Shown: positions 60,741 to 64,000 of the stretch, piece by piece
Layout: each line of letters opens with the position of its first letter
Numbering within the stretch: the stretch's first letter is position 1
From: Bradyrhizobium sp.
GTDB lineage: Bacteria; Pseudomonadota; Alphaproteobacteria; Rhizobiales; Xanthobacteraceae
Direction of reading: 5' to 3'
Assembly: GCA_035308285.1 (NCBI GenBank)
Contig: DATGGY010000243.1
Location: 13 to 64,012 of the forward strand
Length of the DNA stretch: 64,000 nt
Program-made: the position numbers and the translations under genes
The notes under the pieces: generated by a model
Told to the model about the DNA's origin: nothing
The model's input: only the letters and a program-made list of their open reading frames with translations
Database searches by the model: none

Positions 60741-63161
60741 TCAGACCTTGACCAGCGGGCCTCGAGACGCCGGGCCCTTCGATCCGCCGCTCGGACCGCT
60801 CGGCTTCGGCTTGCGCGGCACAGTGCGCTTGCGCGTGCCGGGCAGCTTTTCCGGTTTCGGCGTGACCGGCCCTTCGACGAACTCGAAGCCGATCTTTTCC
60901 TTCGCCGTTTCGGTCGCCGCCTCGTCCTTCACCAGCACGACACGAACGTGGCCGCCGCCCTTGAGCTTGCCGAACAGCACCTCGTCAGCCAAGGGTTTCT
61001 TGATGTGCTCCTGGATAATACGCGCCATCGGCCGCGCGCCCATCTGCTCGTCATAGCCGTGCTGCACCAGCCACGCCTTGGCGGGCTCCGACAGCTCGAT
61101 GGTGACGTCGCGGTCGGCAAGCTGCGCCTCGAGCTGCAACACGAATTTTTCCACCACCATGCCGATCACTTCGGCATTGAGATGCGCGAACGAGACGATG
61201 GCGTCGAGTCGGTTGCGGAATTCAGGGGCGAACTGCCGGTTGATCGCTTCGTGATCGTCGCCTTCCCGTTTGCTGCGGGTGAAGCCGAAGGCCTGGCGCG
61301 CAAGGTCAGCCGCGCCCGCATTCGTAGTCATGATCAGAATCACGTTGCGGAAGTTGACCTGCTTGCCGTTATGGTCGGTCAACCGGCCATGATCCATGAT
61401 CTGCAGTAACACGTTGTACAGGTCCGGATGCGCCTTCTCGATTTCGTCGAGCAACACCACGCAATGCGGATGCTGGTCGACGCCGTCAGTGAGCAAGCCG
61501 CCCTGGTCGAAGCCGACATAGCCGGGAGGCGCGCCGATCAGGCGCGAAACCGTGTGCCGTTCCATATATTCGGACATGTCGAAGCGAATCAGTTCGACGC
61601 CAAGCGAGGCCGCGAGCTGTTTGGCCACCTCGGTCTTGCCAACGCCGGTGGGCCCTGAGAACAGGTAACAGCCGATCGGCTTCTCCGGTTCGCGCAAGCC
61701 CGCCCGCGCCAGCTTGATCGAGGCCGAAAGGGCTTCGATCGCCTTGTCCTGGCCGAATACCACGCGCTTTAGGGTCTGCTCGAGATGCTTGAGCACCTCG
61801 GCATCGTCCTTCGACACGCTCTTGGGCGGAATCCGCGCCATCGTCGCGATCGTGGTTTCGATCTCCTTGATGCCGATCGTTTTCTTGCGTTTATTCTCCG
61901 CAACCAGCATCTGCGCCGCGCCGGATTCATCGATCACGTCGATCGCCTTGTCCGGCAATTTGCGGTCGTGGATGTAGCGCGACGACAGTTGCACCGCAGC
62001 CTCGATGGCCTCGTTGGTATATTTCAGCCGATGGTAGTCCTCAAAATAGGGCTTCAAGCCCTTGAGGATCGCAATGGCGTCTTCCACCGTCGGCTCGTTG
62101 ATGTCGATCTTCTGGAACCGGCGCACCAGCGCGCGGTCCTTCTCGAAATGCTGGCGGTATTCCTTGTAGGTGGTCGAGCCCATGCAGCGGATCGTGCCCG
62201 ATGCCAGTGCCGGCTTGAGCAGGTTGGAGGCATCCATCGCGCCGCCCGAAGTCGCGCCCGCGCCGATCACGGTGTGGATCTCATCGATGAACAGGATTGC
62301 GTTCGGATGCGCTTCGAGCTCCTTGAGCACCTGCTTCAGCCGTTCTTCGAAATCGCCGCGATAGCGCGTGCCGGCCAAGAGCGTTCCCATGTCGAGCGAG
62401 AACACGGTGGAGGCTGAAAGCACTTCCGGCACTTCGCTGTCGACGATGCGCTTGGCGAGTCCTTCGGCGATCGCAGTTTTGCCGACGCCGGCTTCGCCGA
62501 CGAACAACGGATTGTTCTTCTGGCGGCGGCACAGCACCTGGATCGTGCGGTTGATCTCGGAATTTCGTCCGATCACCGGATCGATCTTGCCATCGCGCGC
62601 CTTCTTGTTGAGGTTGACGCAATAGGTCTCGAGCGCCTCGCCCTTCTTCTTGGTATCCTCGTTGCCCTTGGTCTCGGTCTCTTCGTCAACGCCGCGAACT
62701 GGCCGCGCTTCGGATACCCCCGGCCGCTTGGCGATGCCATGGCTGATGTAGTTGACCGCGTCGTAACGGGTCATGTCCTGCTCCTGCAGGAAATAGGCGG
62801 CGTGGCTCTCGCGCTCGGCGAAGATCGCGATCAGCACATTGGCGCCGGTGACCTCTTCCCGTCCTGACGACTGGACATGAATTACCGCGCGCTGGATCAC
62901 GCGCTGGAAACCGGCCGTCGGCTTGGCGTCATCGGCGCCGTCAGTAACAAGGTTTTCAAACTCGGTCTCGAGATAATTGACGAGGCTGGTACGCAGCTTG
63001 TCGAGATCGACGCTGCAGGCACGCATGACGGCTGCCGCATCCGAGTCATCGATCAGCGACAGCAGAAGGTGTTCAAGCGTCGCGTATTGATGATGACGCT
63101 CGTTCGCGATCGCCAGCGCACGATGCAGGGATTGTTCTAGGCTTTGGGAAAAAGTCGGCAT
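60741..63161 (-). CDS. clpA: ATP-dependent Clp protease ATP-binding subunit
   Basis: Two AAA modules GEAGVGKT and GPTGVGKT; downstream of clpS. Confidence 0.97.
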   Translation of the reverse strand: MPTFSQSLEQSLHRALAIANERHHQYATLEHLLLSLIDDSDAAAVMRACSVDLDKLRTSLVNYLETEFENLVTDGADDAKPTAGFQRVIQRAVIHVQSSGREEVTGANVLIAIFAERESHAAYFLQEQDMTRYDAVNYISHGIAKRPGVSEARPVRGVDEETETKGNEDTKKKGEALETYCVNLNKKARDGKIDPVIGRNSEINRTIQVLCRRQKNNPLFVGEAGVGKTAIAEGLAKRIVDSEVPEVLSASTVFSLDMGTLLAGTRYRGDFEERLKQVLKELEAHPNAILFIDEIHTVIGAGATSGGAMDASNLLKPALASGTIRCMGSTTYKEYRQHFEKDRALVRRFQKIDINEPTVEDAIAILKGLKPYFEDYHRLKYTNEAIEAAVQLSSRYIHDRKLPDKAIDVIDESGAAQMLVAENKRKKTIGIKEIETTIATMARIPPKSVSKDDAEVLKHLEQTLKRVVFGQDKAIEALSASIKLARAGLREPEKPIGCYLFSGPTGVGKTEVAKQLAASLGVELIRFDMSEYMERHTVSRLIGAPPGYVGFDQGGLLTDGVDQHPHCVVLLDEIEKAHPDLYNVLLQIMDHGRLTDHNGKQVNFRNVILIMTTNAGAADLARQAFGFTRSKREGDDHEAINRQFAPEFRNRLDAIVSFAHLNAEVIGMVVEKFVLQLEAQLADRDVTIELSEPAKAWLVQHGYDEQMGARPMARIIQEHIKKPLADEVLFGKLKGGGHVRVVLVKDEAATETAKEKIGFEFVEGPVTPKPEKLPGTRKRTVPRKPKPSGPSGGSKGPASRGPLVKV

Positions 63162-63389
63162 CCGTGTCCTCTGTGGTCCCCCATCATGATCGCCGTCGCC
63201 CGGTCAGGCAACAACAACCTTTGTCATATATAGTTACATCCGATCATGGCGAAAGACTGGTTCCCATGAACGGGCCGGCTCTCCCCGCACACTCATGTGA
63301 TTTATTAAGGGTTACCCGTGTTTTTCCGGGTTTACCTGCTGGAAAGATGCAAAACCCGTTCCGATTTTCAGGACGGGCTACGCGCGACG

Positions 63390-63722
63390 CTACTTCTTTT
63401 CCATCACGCATTGCAGTGGATGCTGGTGCTTGCGCGCAAAATCCATCACCTGCGTCACCTTGGTCTCGGCGATTTCATAGGTGAAGATGCCGCACTCCCC
63501 GATACCGTGATGATGTACGTGCAGCATGATTTTGGTCGCGGCCTCGACATCCTTCTGGAAGAATTTCTCAAGCACGTGAACGACAAATTCCATCGGCGTG
63601 TAGTCGTCGTTCAGTATCAGGACGCGATAAAGATTGGGGCGCTTTGTCTTCGGTTTGACTTTGGCGATAACGGATGTGACGGGACCACCGGCTCCGCTGA
63701 CGCGATTCTCGTCACTGCCCAT
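63390..63722 (-). CDS. clpS: Clp protease adaptor (exact start uncertain)
   Basis: [31 protein letters not shown]. Confidence 0.95.
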   Translation of the reverse strand: MGSDENRVSGAGGPVTSVIAKVKPKTKRPNLYRVLILNDDYTPMEFVVHVLEKFFQKDVEAATKIMLHVHHHGIGECGIFTYEIAETKVTQVMDFARKHQHPLQCVMEKK

Positions 63723-64000
63723 TCGCGGGGAGAAGGTGGCGGCCGACGGCACGGAAGGATCAGGTCTGGTAATCAATCGTAACATGGCACAGGCGTTTGA
63801 TGTCCCCATGGAAAACTCGACGGCGACCGGGCGATGTTCCCACATGGAGCCATCGATCAATCCCAGACACCCTTCCAGATCGCCGTTCCGGCCTGACCCA
63901 TTGCTGGAGCGACTGCGAGAATATGGGTCTACCTTCGCTTTGCCGCAAGCTTGCCGATATTACCGTAAGCCAGCTTGCAACAGACCGATTCCCGGATCGG

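Noticed and set aside
1-64000. CRISPR array, cas genes, prophage, integrase, rRNA
   Set aside because: No repeat-spacer periodicity and no such protein motifs were seen by eye.

Overview
High-GC alphaproteobacterial chromosome segment; gene order and repeat types fit Bradyrhizobium/Nitrobacteraceae (inferred). Most of it is core genome: mscL-dapA-slt, tRNA-Ser(GCT), gatCAB, ruvX-pyrB-pyrC-plsY-dprA-topA-rnr, rpmG, divK-pleD, dinB, a TRAP transporter and clpS-clpA. Four parts stand out. (1) A ~6.5 kb lower-GC cassette (31710-38225) lies between two direct, ~92% identical copies of a Bug/TctC gene, the second internally deleted. It encodes four apparently exported proteins: an S1A protease zymogen, an S8 subtilase, a lipoprotein-like protein with two Trypco-like beta-hairpin segments, and an LCAT/PGAP1-like lipase. 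This is the best candidate for an undescribed system. (2) gatB is a mosaic, with a ~1 kb low-GC central block carrying a ~38 aa in-frame insertion. (3) A ~380 nt highly base-paired non-coding element with its own promoter-like signal lies between rpmG and pleD. (4) A decayed patch follows tRNA-Ser (IS481-like end, GIY-YIG stub), and further on is an unannotated 29 aa lysine-rich ORF. All family calls come from reading motifs by eye; no searches were run.
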